NCBI GenBank assembly: GCA_964016885.1
Contig: OZ024743.1
Coordinates: 227,478,001-227,542,000, forward strand
DNA: 64,000 nt
Source: Eledone cirrhosa
Lineage: Eukaryota
Direction of reading: 5' to 3'
A program made the position numbers and the translations under genes. Position 1 is the stretch's first letter, and each line of letters opens with the position of its first letter. The notes below the pieces were generated by a model that worked only from the letters and a program-made list of their open reading frames with translations, was not told the DNA's origin and searched no databases. Below, one piece after another: positions 1 to 13,272 of the stretch.

Positions 1-3000
1 CCTTCGGCGGCTACGATGTGTACGCATCTCCCAGCCATCCTGGATCGGAGGGAGGAGTTGGTGTGCTTTTTCGGAGATGTTTGGATCTCGCCATATGGGC
101 CATCTTCCTGGACCCAGAAGGTAAGTTGGTGGTGCTGGACGTGACCAGCGGAGACGGGCAAGCTTTCAGGCTAGTGGCCGTCTATGCCCCGACAGGAGTA
201 GGGCGGCCTGATTTCTTACGGCGTGTGGAGACTTTTCTTGGAACGTCCCGCTCTTTAGTGTTAGTGGGCGACTGGAACGGGATCTTAGATGCACGCTGGG
301 TGTGTGTGGGATTATCGATTAGGGGAGGAGGGTGCAAGAGTCTCACCAACCTGCTCAGCCGTTTTGAATTGTCTGACAGGTACCGATTGGATTTCCTGAA
401 TGTGCCAATGTGGACTTGGACAAATCGCGTTGGGTCATCCAGATCATATCTCGATAGAATATTTTGTAGGGAAATTAATAGGTCTAGCATAAGCTGTCCA
501 CAATTCAAGATAATCAGCTACACGGACCACGAATTCGTGATCTGTGTGCTTGACTTAGATAGGCTTCATAGACGAGTACCCGGCTACTGGAAGCTAAACG
601 CGTCCTTACCAGGCGCGCAAGGCCTACAGAGACCGGATTAGCGAACTAGTTAAGCGAGCGTTGACGGTGGCCATCGTCAACAACAAGTGGTGGTTTGCTC
701 TGAAAAGAATCATTAGAATAGAATCCATTAGGTTTAGTAAGGCTTTAGCTATAGAGAAAAATTAGACGAGGCGCTTAGCAAAGGCATAGCGACCGACGTT
801 CTTGCGGCGAAATTGGCCCTTGACCAATTCTTCAATGCAAAGCACGAAGGCTACGTTGTCAGAGCTAGGGTGCGTGCTCTCAGACACGAGGGGACGAAAG
901 CCGTTCAATGGGCCCGAGTGGCGCAGGCGCGTCGTGGCAACAAAGCCACGATCCGGTCTTTGGTGGACCACGACGTGCGCATGCTACTCGATCCCGGGCA
1001 AATGTGTGAAGCTTTTCAGCGACACTTCGCTCAACTGTTCGGGGGCAGCGGCAGGCCGGATCGAGGGATGGACTTTAGTGTCTACCTCGACGGACTGCCG
1101 CGGCTCTCGGCCACTGAGGAGGAGTGTTGCGAAAAGCCGATAACAGCCGCTGAAGTACGGGAGGCAATGACTGGCTGCACAAGGGGTAAATTGCCTGGTT
1201 TGGATGGTCTGCTCTATGAACTTTACGTACAAATGCCAGACTTGTTCGGAGGCCTCTTGGCGGACGTCTACTGCAACTGGCAACAGAACGGGAGATTTCC
1301 AGCTCTGTGAGCCGAAAGCTGTGGCGCTGCTGAGAAAGGATCCGAACAAGGGGGATAACATAGATAATTTTATGCCCATAACTCTGCTAAACACAGAGTT
1401 CAAGATCTTGGCCAAGGTGCTAGCAAAGAGGTTGGCGCTTGTCGTTGGTGGTCTGGTGGGAGAGGCGCAGACATGCGCCATTCCCGACAGATCCATCCAC
1501 GACAACCTCCACCTCATGCGATATATCGTAGAAAGGGTAGCTAGGGAACCTAGCACGGGTGGGTCCTTGATCAATTTAGATCAGTCGAAAGCTTTCGATA
1601 GGGTCGACCATCGTTACCTAGCGGCAGTCCTGAGGGCGGCTTGCTTTGGGCCCGTCTTCAGAGGCTGGATCGCTGCCATGCACAGCGACATCTGCTCTGT
1701 GGTGAGAGTGAACGGTCACCTTTCGGAACATTTCAACATCATGCGCTCGGTCCGCCATGGACATCGCCTCTCGTCCCTCTTGTACGTATTGACTCTCGAG
1801 CCATTACTGCACAAAATGGAGACGTTGAGGGGTGTCCCGCGCGAACTAGGATCGGGAAGATCCGTGTCAGCATATGCCGACGATGTCACCGTAGTGGTGT
1901 CGAACGCCAACCACATCGAGGCGATCGGCACTACACTAACAGAATACGAAGCGGTGACAGGAGCAATGATCAACCAGGAAAAGTCAGTGGGCCTGCAGCT
2001 CGGCACCTGGAGAGGCAGGTCCATGCCGTCCAACAGCGTCGTCGGGCGCAGGACGGACGGACCGGTTAAATTGCTCGGGGTCTGGTTCGGTCCGGACCTC
2101 CAGACGGACAAAAACTGGGACGAGGTGACGAGCAGGGTGGCTTCTCTCACCCAGAAATGGGCGGAGAGGAAGCTATCCCTGAAAGGTCGAGCGGAGGTGG
2201 CTAACGCGTATATCGCGTCCGTCATCTGCTACCGCCTGACCGTCGTACCTTGTCCTAAGCCCCGCCTGACTGCGCTGGTGGTTTGCTCTTTCGCTTTTTG
2301 TGGAAGGGACGCGCTCCGATTGTCAGGCGGTCCATCTGTTGTCAACACCCGCTACGTGGAGGGCTGGGCATGACGTGGCTGATGATGCGCAGACACGCGC
2401 TCAGGCTACGACATCTCCACCTCTTCCTCGACGGTGATCAGATGTGGTCGCCGTTTGCTAGATACGTCTTTCCCCAGCTCGTTTCCTTGACGGAGCTGCA
2501 GTCCTGGGTCAAGCGAAGACGGAGAGGGAGCGCTTGGAGACTGGAATGTCTTCAGGCGCTCACAGCCCTCGACCAATCGGGCAATGTGATCGGTGGAAAC
2601 TCCACCTCGGCGTTCTATAGAGGATTAGTGGAGGGGAAGAGCCATATGTACTTGGGAAAACTCTAGGCGTCGACGAAAATCAACTAGCCAATCTCTTCGG
2701 AAGAACTTTCGGGCCGGGGCCTATGGACAACTTCCAGAAATCTCTGGCCTGCCAGTGCTACCGAGGAGCTTTGCCAGTTCGGTATAAACTCGACAGTCAT
2801 GGAGGTGCCGTCAGCCGGACACGTCCGAGATGCGCGCAGGGCGACGAAACCGTCCTGCACGCATTCGTCCAGTGTTCGAGAATTTCTGACTTGTGAGTTT
2901 ATGTCGAACACCTGCTGTCGCGTGTAGGACGGATCCGGCTATCAGCTGAGTCCATCGTGAGGATTTCCCCGCCTCTTCCTTTAGCCGGGAAGGGTAGGCA

Positions 3001-3488
3001 GTTTTTATCTGTCTGGTGGCCATGGCGAAAGAGATAGTATGGTGGACACTTTTGAAAGGGCTGAAGACGAGCACTTACCTCTTCGGTGATGCTCTGATTG
3101 ACTTTTTCAAATTTCATTTGAAAAGGAAAATCAGAGTAGAGAGCGAAGTGCTCTCTTCCCAACATTTTGTTGAAAGATGGGTGAGAGAAGCAAGAATGGC
3201 CCGAGTGAATTGGCCTACTCTGAGTACGTATCTGTAAATTAAAGGTGGAAAACTGGGAGAGGGCACTTGTCTTGGTTGTCAGGGTCACAGTGGCCTTTTA
3301 CTGGGCTTTCTCCACAAATGTCCCCCCGAAGTCTCCCCCCCTATTGGGGAATTTTTCATTGTTATATTTTGTTACAACCTCTGTTTTTGTTTTTTTACAC
3401 GCAGAAATGCCCATTTGTACCGTCCTGTATTGTCCTTCACTGTTCTTAATGTCTAATTTATGTAAACCCTTGTGGTTAATAAAGAAAT
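1..3488 (+). mobile_element. Tx1/L1-clade non-LTR retrotransposon ORF2, frameshifted; 5' part lies outside the window
   Basis: The AP endonuclease (VAVYAP, LVGDWN, SYLDRI, TDH) is in ORF 18-641. The RT (PITLLNTEFKILAK, LDQSKAFDRVDH, AYADDV) is in ORF 1204-2373. A decayed C-terminal CCHC knuckle (RPRC..ETVLHAFVQC) lies at ~2815-2880, and AATAAA at ~3478 is followed by (ATT)n. Confidence 0.9.
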
Positions 3489-3512
3489 CATTATTATTAT
3501 TATTATTATTAT

Positions 3513-6500
3513 ATTTGTTATTACTCTTTGAGTCTCAGTCATTGATGTTAGTTAACTGGAAAGTTTGTTGAAATGAATATCAAGCCACTACCTGCAGCCT
3601 CAGATATTCAGGACGTATCGGAGGGTTCTTGCTGTTCCCAGCAAGCATGCCTTTTGAAGCGTTCCAAAAAGCGTGAAGGGGCCAATTTTCTTTAACCATC
3701 CCTGGAAACCTTTTGAGATAGTCCCTAGTGCGCCTATGACAATCGGGATCACTTTGACTTCATGGCAGTTCCAAATCCTTTTTACCTCCCACTTTAAGTC
3801 CTGGTATCGGTTAATTTTCTCCCTCTTCTTCTCTTGCACTCTCGTGTCGAATGGGCAGGCCACATCCACAATCAGGCACGATCTTTTTTCTTTGTCCAAA
3901 ACCACCAGGTCAGGTCTATTGTGTTCCAGTTTCTTGTCCGTCTGTATCCTAAAATCCCACAGCACCTTCACCTGATCGTTTTCTATCACCGCCTCTGGCT
4001 TATGCTCATACCACTTCTCAGAATGTGGTAAATTGTTTACTTTGCATAGGTGCCAGTGGATCACCCTGCCCATCACATCATGTCTCCAGCCCTTATAGTG
4101 AGTCTGGGCTAGGTGTTTACACTCGGATACAATGTGAGCCACAGTCTCCTCTCTCTCTCTCCACAGATCCTGCACAGTGGGCTAGCCTCCTCCTTGTAAA
4201 TGTGGTATTTCAACCACTTCGTTTTGAGGGCCTGCTCCTGCGCAGCCATTAACATTCCTTCCGTAGCCTTTTTAAGGTCTCCTCTTTTCAACCAGTTCCA
4301 TATCTGTGGATCTCTAAATTCAGTTTTCTCAAAGAAGGTACTATGAAGGGATTTTTCCTGAAGGCTGCTCTTTCTCCTTGATGTTATTTCCTCCTTGGAC
4401 ATCCCCTGGCCTATTGTCCCCTCCTTCAGTACAGTTCTGAGCATTGGCTCCTTACTATCAGTCACGTATTTGTGTAGGTTGTTTTTCTCCATCTGAACAC
4501 AGTCCTCTATGCTGATAAGACCTCTTCCACCTTCAGATCTCCTTAAGTAGAGTCTATCGACATCACTCCTCTTGTGGAACATATTGTAGATAGTCAATAG
4601 CTTCCTAGTCTTCCTATCCATTTCTTTTTGTTCAGCAACATTCCATCTCAGAATTACCGCACTGTACCTAATAATAAACACAGCTCGGGAATTTACTGCA
4701 CTTATGGCATTCCTACTGTTCAGATATGACTTTAATGCGCTCCTTACTCTCCGAAGATATTCAGTTCTTATCAATTCCTTCATTTTTTTGTTCTTGATGT
4801 CATCAGCCTCCAGAACGCCCAAATACTTGTATCCTTCCTCAGAGTCAATTTCCTTTATCATCTCACCTGTTGGTATCTGGATTCCGTCACTTCTGCTCAA
4901 CTTAACCCTCCTCATCATAATGACTCCACACTTACTAATACCAAATTGCATACATATATCATTGCTGAAAATACGGACAGTGTCAACAAGCACATCCAAC
5001 TCCTTCTCACTCTTCCCGAAGAGCTTAAGATCGTCCATGAAGAGGAGGAAATTGATGGTAATCCCTCCTTTCCCAACCTGTATCCTGCTCTCACTTTTCG
5101 CAGTAACTGGTCAGGGGCATTAGGGCAAGGACAAACAACAGAGGGCACAGACTATCTCCCTGGAAGATACCTCTCTTGATCTTCACGCTTCCCAAGGATT
5201 CCCCAATCGATGTTAACTCTGTTTCCCAGGACTTCATACTTTTGCCCAACAACTGTCTGATGTTATCTGCTACCTTGAAGATCTCCAGGCTTTTGATGAT
5301 CCAAGAATGAGGCACCATGTCAAATGCCTTTTTGTAGTCTATCCATCCCATGGCAAGACCAGTGTGTCTCCTCTTGCAATTCCTCATTACCATATTATCA
5401 ATAAGTAACTGGGCCTTTATACCACGTGACTTCTTTCGGCATCCTTTCTGTTCGTCCGGTAACAAGTTGTTTGTGTGGAGGTGATGGTAGATTTCCTCAG
5501 ACATAATGCTTGTCAACAGTTTCCACATTACGGACAGACATGTGATAGGTCTATAATTGGTAACATCATTACACATGATTCGGTCTTTCATTATCATAAC
5601 TGTGGTACCTTTTGTCAACCACTCTGGTACCTCACCTGACATCAAGCAGTCATTGAACATGGTTGTCAGTTTCGGGTGGAGGGATGTTATATTTTTAATC
5701 CAATACCCCTGCACACCATCTGGGCCTGGTGATTTCCAGTTGGTTAGTTTTCTGGCCTGCCCCTTAAGAGTTTCAACTGTGATACTCAAATCAGTTTGTT
5801 GGTGTGCCTGTTCACCGATCTCCTTCTGTACTGTCTCAATCCACACTGCCTGGTCATTATGTCTAACATCCTGCTCCCATATTCCTCTCCAGAATGTTTT
5901 AGTTTGTTCCGCCTGAGGGATCAAGTCGTTGCCTCTTTCTTTCCCCTCAAGCTGTCCAAACAGCATCTTCTGGTTGTTGTCGAACATGCGGTTCTGTCTA
6001 TACTGACTGACTCTGTTCTCGTATCGCCTGATTTTTGCACTCTTTGCTACAATGCATTGCTTCAGTTCCTCTATGATAATATTTAGCTTTTTCCTCCTAG
6101 TTTTGTACTTTATTTCCAGTCTATTTTTAGTGTCTATATTTTTTAGTGTCCCATTCAGTAGGGACTCAAGCTTTCCAATGTCATTTCTCATTTCCCTGAT
6201 TTGACCACTCAGTCGTTTCTTCCACCAAGGCTCTGCTCTTTCTTGTCTGTTGTTTCCTCTCGCTTTTATACCAAGTAGTTTCCTCACCGTATTTGCTGTT
6301 GCTTTGAGGATATTGTTGCACTGGTGAAGGCTCCTCGCCTCAAGGTATGGGATGACTTTGTTTAACTTAGCTGTTGTTTCTTTTAACTTTTTCCTGTCTA
6401 CAAATCTCAGGTTCATAGGTCTCCCACTATCATTGTTCAATTCATCTACCACTAAGTTTAGGATATCAACCAATCTTGTCCTAGCCCGTCAGCATTCATC

Positions 6501-7140
6501 TCCTCAGTGGCCGTATCTCTGTTCCAGGTATTATTTATCTCAGCATTCAGATCATTGTCTGCTTCGGGTGGTTCCTCCATTCTCTCGACCTCTTCACCTT
6601 CATTTCCCACTGGCTCGTTTTCCTGGCATACTCCACTCTCCATCTCCAAGCTAATCTCTCTGCTCAGTTCCTCCAGTTCCAGCTCGCTTATCCACCCATT
6701 AGTTCTTATTACCTGAGCCTGCCCGGCCAGTTTTTGTTCATCTAATTTAAATGGACCAATCTCGTTCCAGATGTTATGCATCATTTTCCTATAGCCTTTC
6801 TCCTTGGGGTTACTCTTCAGGTAACATTGCATAACAGTTCTATTCATTTCTTTCGTCCAGTTGGTTCTGGTCCCTTTCCTTCTTCTTCTTCCTCCGACAC
6901 CAGCAGTATTTGGTTGACAGCCAGGTCTCTGCTGCTGAGCCAGGGAGCACCTGTTGGGTGAGAGTCTGTCACATGACATTCTAGTCTCCATTTCACCGTT
7001 ACTCGAACTGTTTAGGTTCGACATTTAAACACTCTTATCGAAGATTGGCGAATGTATGGTTACATAACCACCGGTGAATTACTCGTCTCCGGTGGTTTCG
7101 TCACTCCACGTGACTTTTATGTGGCATTATCACGCTATAG
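3513..7140 (-). mobile_element. R4/Dong-clade RLE retrotransposon, family A; near full length, frameshifted
   Basis: Consecutive minus-strand ORFs 6458-7024, 5091-6473 (YRPITCL, DYKKAFD, GIFQGDSL), 4109-5038 (MDDLKLF, CRIC) and 3600-4175 (RPDLVVLD..VDVACP endonuclease). The 3' end abuts (TAA)n at 3489-3512. Confidence 0.9.
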
Positions 7141-7349
7141 ACGAACCCAAATAAACAAACAAACAAACAGGCAGAAAAAAAACCAAAAAATGAATAAGCA
7201 TAAGTTTCATTGTAATGTAGTGTTTGAATGTCTGACTTAGTTTTTCCCTTCCCTTCTCTGTCCGTCCGTTTGTTTTTCTCTTCATTTTTATTTCCTTTAC
7301 GTTTTTCGTTGTTGCTGTGCTGCTTTGATTTTGATTTTTGTTTTTTTGA

Positions 7350-8535
7350 TTTTGACCGGGTCATCAATTCAGTCTATTTATATATTTTGATGCCTTCCTC
7401 TTTTAGTGAGAATTCTACAATGTAGCAGGGGCTAGCAGGAGAGAATAGCGGCGGTAGTGATAATGAGGCAGTGGTGGTGGTGGTGGTGACGGTGCTGTTC
7501 TAGCAGCAACTAGCAGGAGGTAGTGGGAGAGAATAGCGGCGGTAGCGATAATGAGGCAGTGGTGGTGGTGATGTGGTCGTATTACTGTAGTGATGGTGTT
7601 GAAGACGGAGTAGAAATTTGAGTCAGCTTGGCCAGAGTTTTGATCGTGGCAGTGGTGGTGGTATTGGTGGTGAAATTATCTTTAGTGAAATTATCATTAG
7701 TCGCGTATATGTGTTGACATATTATCTTAATATTGGAATTAAACATTTTGTTAAAACTAAAACTTGATTTTTATTTATTTATTTTTTTTATTTTGACCGG
7801 GTCATCAATTCAGTCTATTTATATATTTTGATATTTTCCTCTTTTAGTGGGAATTCTACAATGTAGTAGGGGGTGGCGGGAGAGAATAACAGCGATAGCG
7901 ATAATGAGGCAGTGGTGGTGGTGATGTGGTCGTATTACTGTAGTGATGTTGTTGAAGTTGGAGTAGAAATTTGAGTCGACTTGACCAGAGTTTTCATCGT
8001 GGTAGTGGTGGTGGTATTGGTGGTGAAATTATCTTTAGTGAATATTATCGTTAGTCGCGTATATGTGTTGACATATTCTCTTAATTTTGGAATTAAACAT
8101 TTTGTTAAAACTAAAACTTGAGGCAATAATAATAGTAATTATTATTATTATGCTGAGATTGGTGGTGGTGGTGGTGGTGAAATTGCCGTTATCTGGCTGT
8201 TGTGTTTTGTGTACACAGAGGGGTGATGGGGTAGGTGATGTATCTAGTTTCTGATGTTGGTGAAATTGCTGTTATTTGGCTGTTCTATATAGTGTAGACA
8301 GAGGGGGTTTTCTTCCATTTATAACCATTTTCTTTTTTTAATATAAAATGTATAATACAAAATTGAATATTTGAGCGATATAACAATATATTGTGGATCC
8401 GAATTTTTGGGGACTCAAGCTGGATGTTTTATGCAACATTTGTAGTAAGAATTGTTATTTCACAATTGATTTAAATATGTTGAAAAATCAAAACTTACGG
8501 GAGCGATTTCTCAACCTTCTATCCACCATGTGTGT
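7350..8535 (-). repeat. Non-coding block X with an internal ~430-bp tandem duplication; homologous to 17480-18160
   Basis: ttttgaccgggtcatcaattcagtc occurs at ~7350 and ~7791. Region 8060-8535 aligns by eye with 17740-18160. Confidence 0.8.
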
Positions 8536-8920
8536 CTTGTTTTATGTTCATACGAGTCACAACCAGTGACCTCAAGAGGCAACAAAGTCTGCCATGTTCA
8601 AGAAAGAACATACATACACACACATGCATCTTGTGATGCACTTATATTGACAGAATCTTCCTTAGTATATGGGCAGTTCCCATTAGTACTATCTTTCGTA
8701 TTTCTTCTATACACGGGTTTCCTGGATTTGCGATAAGTAATCATTAGACCCCTTAGGTATAATTCCTAGAGCGCCAAAAACCACTGGTATTGTTTTAGTT
8801 CTCAACCTCCACATTTTTCCAATTTCTATTTCCAAGTCTTTATACTTGCTCATCTTTTCAAATGTTTTTATAGATACATTCTTGTCTATTGAAACGGACA
8901 TAGCAATTAGCAGGCATCCC
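8535..8920 (-). mobile_element. 3' fragment of R4/Dong family B
   Basis: It matches 13280-13690 (MSVSIDKNVSIKTFEK.SKYKDLEIEIGKMW plus the 3' UTR). Confidence 0.9.
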
Positions 8921-9255
8921 GCCGAGATTAACTTTTGTCTTTCATTATTACGGGGTCGATAAAATAAAGTACCATTAATGCACTTGGGTAATTGCTGGCC
9001 TTGTGCCAAATGTAGAAACAATTATATTTCAAATAGGGCGGTGGATTGGCAGTATCGGTAGAGAGTCGGACGCCATGCTTTCTAGCATAGTTACGTCCCT
9101 TTACGGACTGAGTTCAAATCCCGTCGAGGTTAACTTTGCCTTTCATCCTTACGGGGGTCGATAAAATAAAGTACCAGTCACGCACTAGGGTCGATTTAAT
9201 CGACTTTACCCTCCCCCAGGATTGCTGGCCTTGTGCATATATAGAAAAGCATTAT
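8918..9255 (+). mobile_element. Two tandem tRNA-derived SINE copies (one 3' half, one full)
   Basis: A-box-like tggcagtatcgg, B-box gagttcaaatcc and the core aactttgcctttcatccttacggggtcgataaaataaagtacc are repeated many times in the window. Confidence 0.85.
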
Positions 9256-9800
9256 TATATGTCTGATGTACTTACTTACATATACTGGTAATTGTCTAAC
9301 AGGTTACTCACGTGTGTCTAGTATTGAATTGTACCCCAGACACTGAATCGCTTTTGTGGCATACAAAATCAATCAGTCTACCTTAGTACACACACACACA
9401 CTGACAGTCACCCCCACATACACATATTTGTGTATATATATATTTTATATATTTATATATATATATATGTTAGTCTCTGTGTGTGTCTGTTTGTGTGTGC
9501 AGAACAGTAGGAGTTTGACGGTAAACCAAGTTTACAAAATATTTCCCAATGGTCGCTGCTTTTGTTTTTATGTTTCTTTTTTTATATATTTGTTTATATA
9601 TTTTTCTGTCTCTACGATTTACAGCCATACTTCTACAGAAAATATTACCTTGCTGTGTCATCTTATTCGAAGTTGATAATTTCAGTGTGGATGCTTTGTG
9701 ATATTCCTTTCAGCTCTCTGCGCCCTGAGATCGAATCCCGTCGAGGTCAACATTGCTTTTCATTTTTTCGAATACTAGTACATTGCTGAGGTCAATCCAC

Positions 9801-10010
9801 TTTTTTTTTTTCTTCTTCTTCTTCTTCTTCTTCTTCTTCTTCTTCTTCTTCTTCTTCTTCTTCTTCTTCTTCTTCTTCTTCTTCTCCTCCTCCTGCTGCT
9901 CCTTATTCTCCTCCACCTCCTTATTCTCCTCCTCCTCCTCCTCCTCCTTCTTCTTCTTATTCTTCTTCTCCTCCTCCTCCTTATTCTTCTCCTCCTCCGT
10001 ATTCTCCTCC

Positions 10011-10042
<32 letters not shown>

Positions 10043-10176
10043 CTTCTCCTCATCCTCATCCTCCTCCTCATTATTCTCCTCTTCCTCCTCCTCCTACTCT
10101 TCTTCTTCCTCCTCCTCCTCCTCCTCCTCCTCCTACTCCTCCTTCTTCTTCTTCTTCTTCTTCTTCTTCTTCTTCT
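9801..10176. repeat. (TTC)n/(TCC)n trinucleotide microsatellite
   Basis: Seen directly in the sequence. Confidence 0.95.
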
Positions 10177-10179
10177 TTA

Positions 10180-11330
10180 TACTTGAACTTCACCTGCTTC
10201 AGTTGAACTCCATTCACATGCAGAGTGCAAGGCACACGCTTCCTTGGGAGAACGAGTCTCAGCTTTCGCAGCACTGATTTTCATTGTAGCCGTGCAGCAC
10301 TCGGCATCAAATCTATCAATTGCATGTGGCGATCACCTTCTGTCGAGTTAATTATAACCATATTTCCTGAAAATTCCAGCCGACTGATTCTGCACCTGTC
10401 AGTAGTGATACCACTTCCACCCGGCGGCGCATGTCAATCCTGTTCATGAAAAGGAGAGTTAACAGTACGCACACTTGGCGGAGCCCGAGTCCCATATTAA
10501 ATGGTTTGGATTTAGAACCATTTATCCGAACACAAATACTCGAGCATTCGTATAGAGGCATCAGGGTAACAAGAATCTGACCATCGATCCGATGCTCCAG
10601 CATAACGTTCCACAGAAGGTCTCATGGAACGCAGTCATATGCCTTTTAGATGTCTACAATTCAAGATTTGTAGCAGTACTCCCACGATTTTTCCAAGACT
10701 TTCGCAATGTGAATGTTTAACAAGGAGATCCCTTTCTAACTGGAACATTCACTCTCGTCTCTCTTTTTGGAAATTGGGATTGTCACTCCAGATTGCCATT
10801 GCTTAAGTATCTTTCCAGGTATACAAGCCATCTGGCGCTCACACGTCAGTCAAATAATACCTTCTCTATTTAAGGTTTTTAACATCTCGTGCCGAATTTC
10901 TTCTTTCCCGATGACTTTCAATTGTTGTTGTGGCCTCAGCCTCCATGAGATTAGTCATAACTCCTAGATGTAAGTCTTGTACATCATACGATGCTGTTGT
11001 GATGATGTTTAGGAGATCAGCAAAGTATTCTCTCCACCTCGCGAGGATGCACTTCTTTAAAGAGAGGAGAACTCCAATGCATTCCTGTTAGCAGGTGTGG
11101 AGGAGGACTTTTTACGAAGAAGGCAGATGTTCAACCACAAAACATTATTTGCTGATCTGAAGTCGGATTCCAGTTGAACCCTAACGTCCTCCCATGGCTT
11201 AACTTTGAATGATTTTACACTCTCTGCTTCGATTCTTCGAGCATACTTCTACCGCAAGTGCATGAAGGAGGATTTGTTTCCAAGCCAAGCTTAGTAGGCC
11301 TGATCCTTTGATCAGATGGCATATTGAAAC
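10180..11330 (-). mobile_element. Decayed RTE-clade LINE fragment
   Basis: Minus-strand peptides include RWREYFADLLN (~11010-11040), CVRINGSKSKPFNMGLGLRQ.CVL..LLF (10352-10603) and VNGVQLKQVKFKY. Confidence 0.7.
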
Positions 11331-11959
11331 CGATACATCAAATTATTGGTGAACCTCAAAATAAAAACATCAATCGACATTTTGTTTGGAATCAATATAT
11401 AACTTGAAGTTGTTTACAGAATAAACATGAATGTGGCAAGGAAAATTCAATTGATTATGAGCTTGCAAAAGAATGTCTGGATCAAAAATTTGCTGAACTT
11501 AGATACTTGAAAAAGATGCAGCTTCATAATTAAAAAGTTACAGATAATCTCGGACAAAATAAATTTACGAAACATTCTTAAAATCTACAGGGTTTTATAA
11601 AGGACTAACGGAAGGCCCAAAGTCGTTCTCACGGATATCATTTGGCGAGTAGGTTTTCAATACAAATTTGTTTCCGATGAGGTGGCCGTTCCAAACAAAT
11701 ATTAAAACTCCAATAAGGAAAGGAACACACATCCACTAATGTACAGACGTTCACACACATATGCACATACAGAGAGAGTGACAGAATGATCGATAGATAA
11801 ACAGATAGATAGATAGTTATAGATACATTGCATGAAATATATCAATAATGGTAGTAAGGCGTTCAAAAGTAAAACAATTCAATCATATAAGTCATTCATA
11901 TTCGTAGATCCACAAGATAGATACTTTTATATTACTAAGGATATACTTATATGTATATA

Positions 11960-13080
<1,121 letters not shown>

Positions 13081-13230
13081 CATGCAGTATTGTTTAAAAT
13101 GCGACAAATGTCTAAGCAGCACCATCAGTATCGCTTATATTGTCCGGCATTTCATGTCCCCCATGTCTACTACAACTTCAACAATAACAATAATGATAAT
13201 AATAACAATAACAACAATGATCATTATTCC

Positions 13231-13270
<40 letters not shown>

Positions 13271-13272
<2 letters not shown>

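Noticed and set aside
182-6961. Overlapping antisense and alternate-frame ORFs within the LINEs
   Set aside because: They are shadow ORFs of the retrotransposon coding sequence and carry no motifs.
7045-7110. Three-helix junction with GAAA at the Dong A 5' end (minus strand)
   Set aside because: The helices resemble a hammerhead, but AAAA replaces the CUGANGA core.
9036-9130. tRNA gene from the A/B boxes
   Set aside because: There is no cloverleaf, the A-B spacing is long, and the boxes are always followed by the SINE core.
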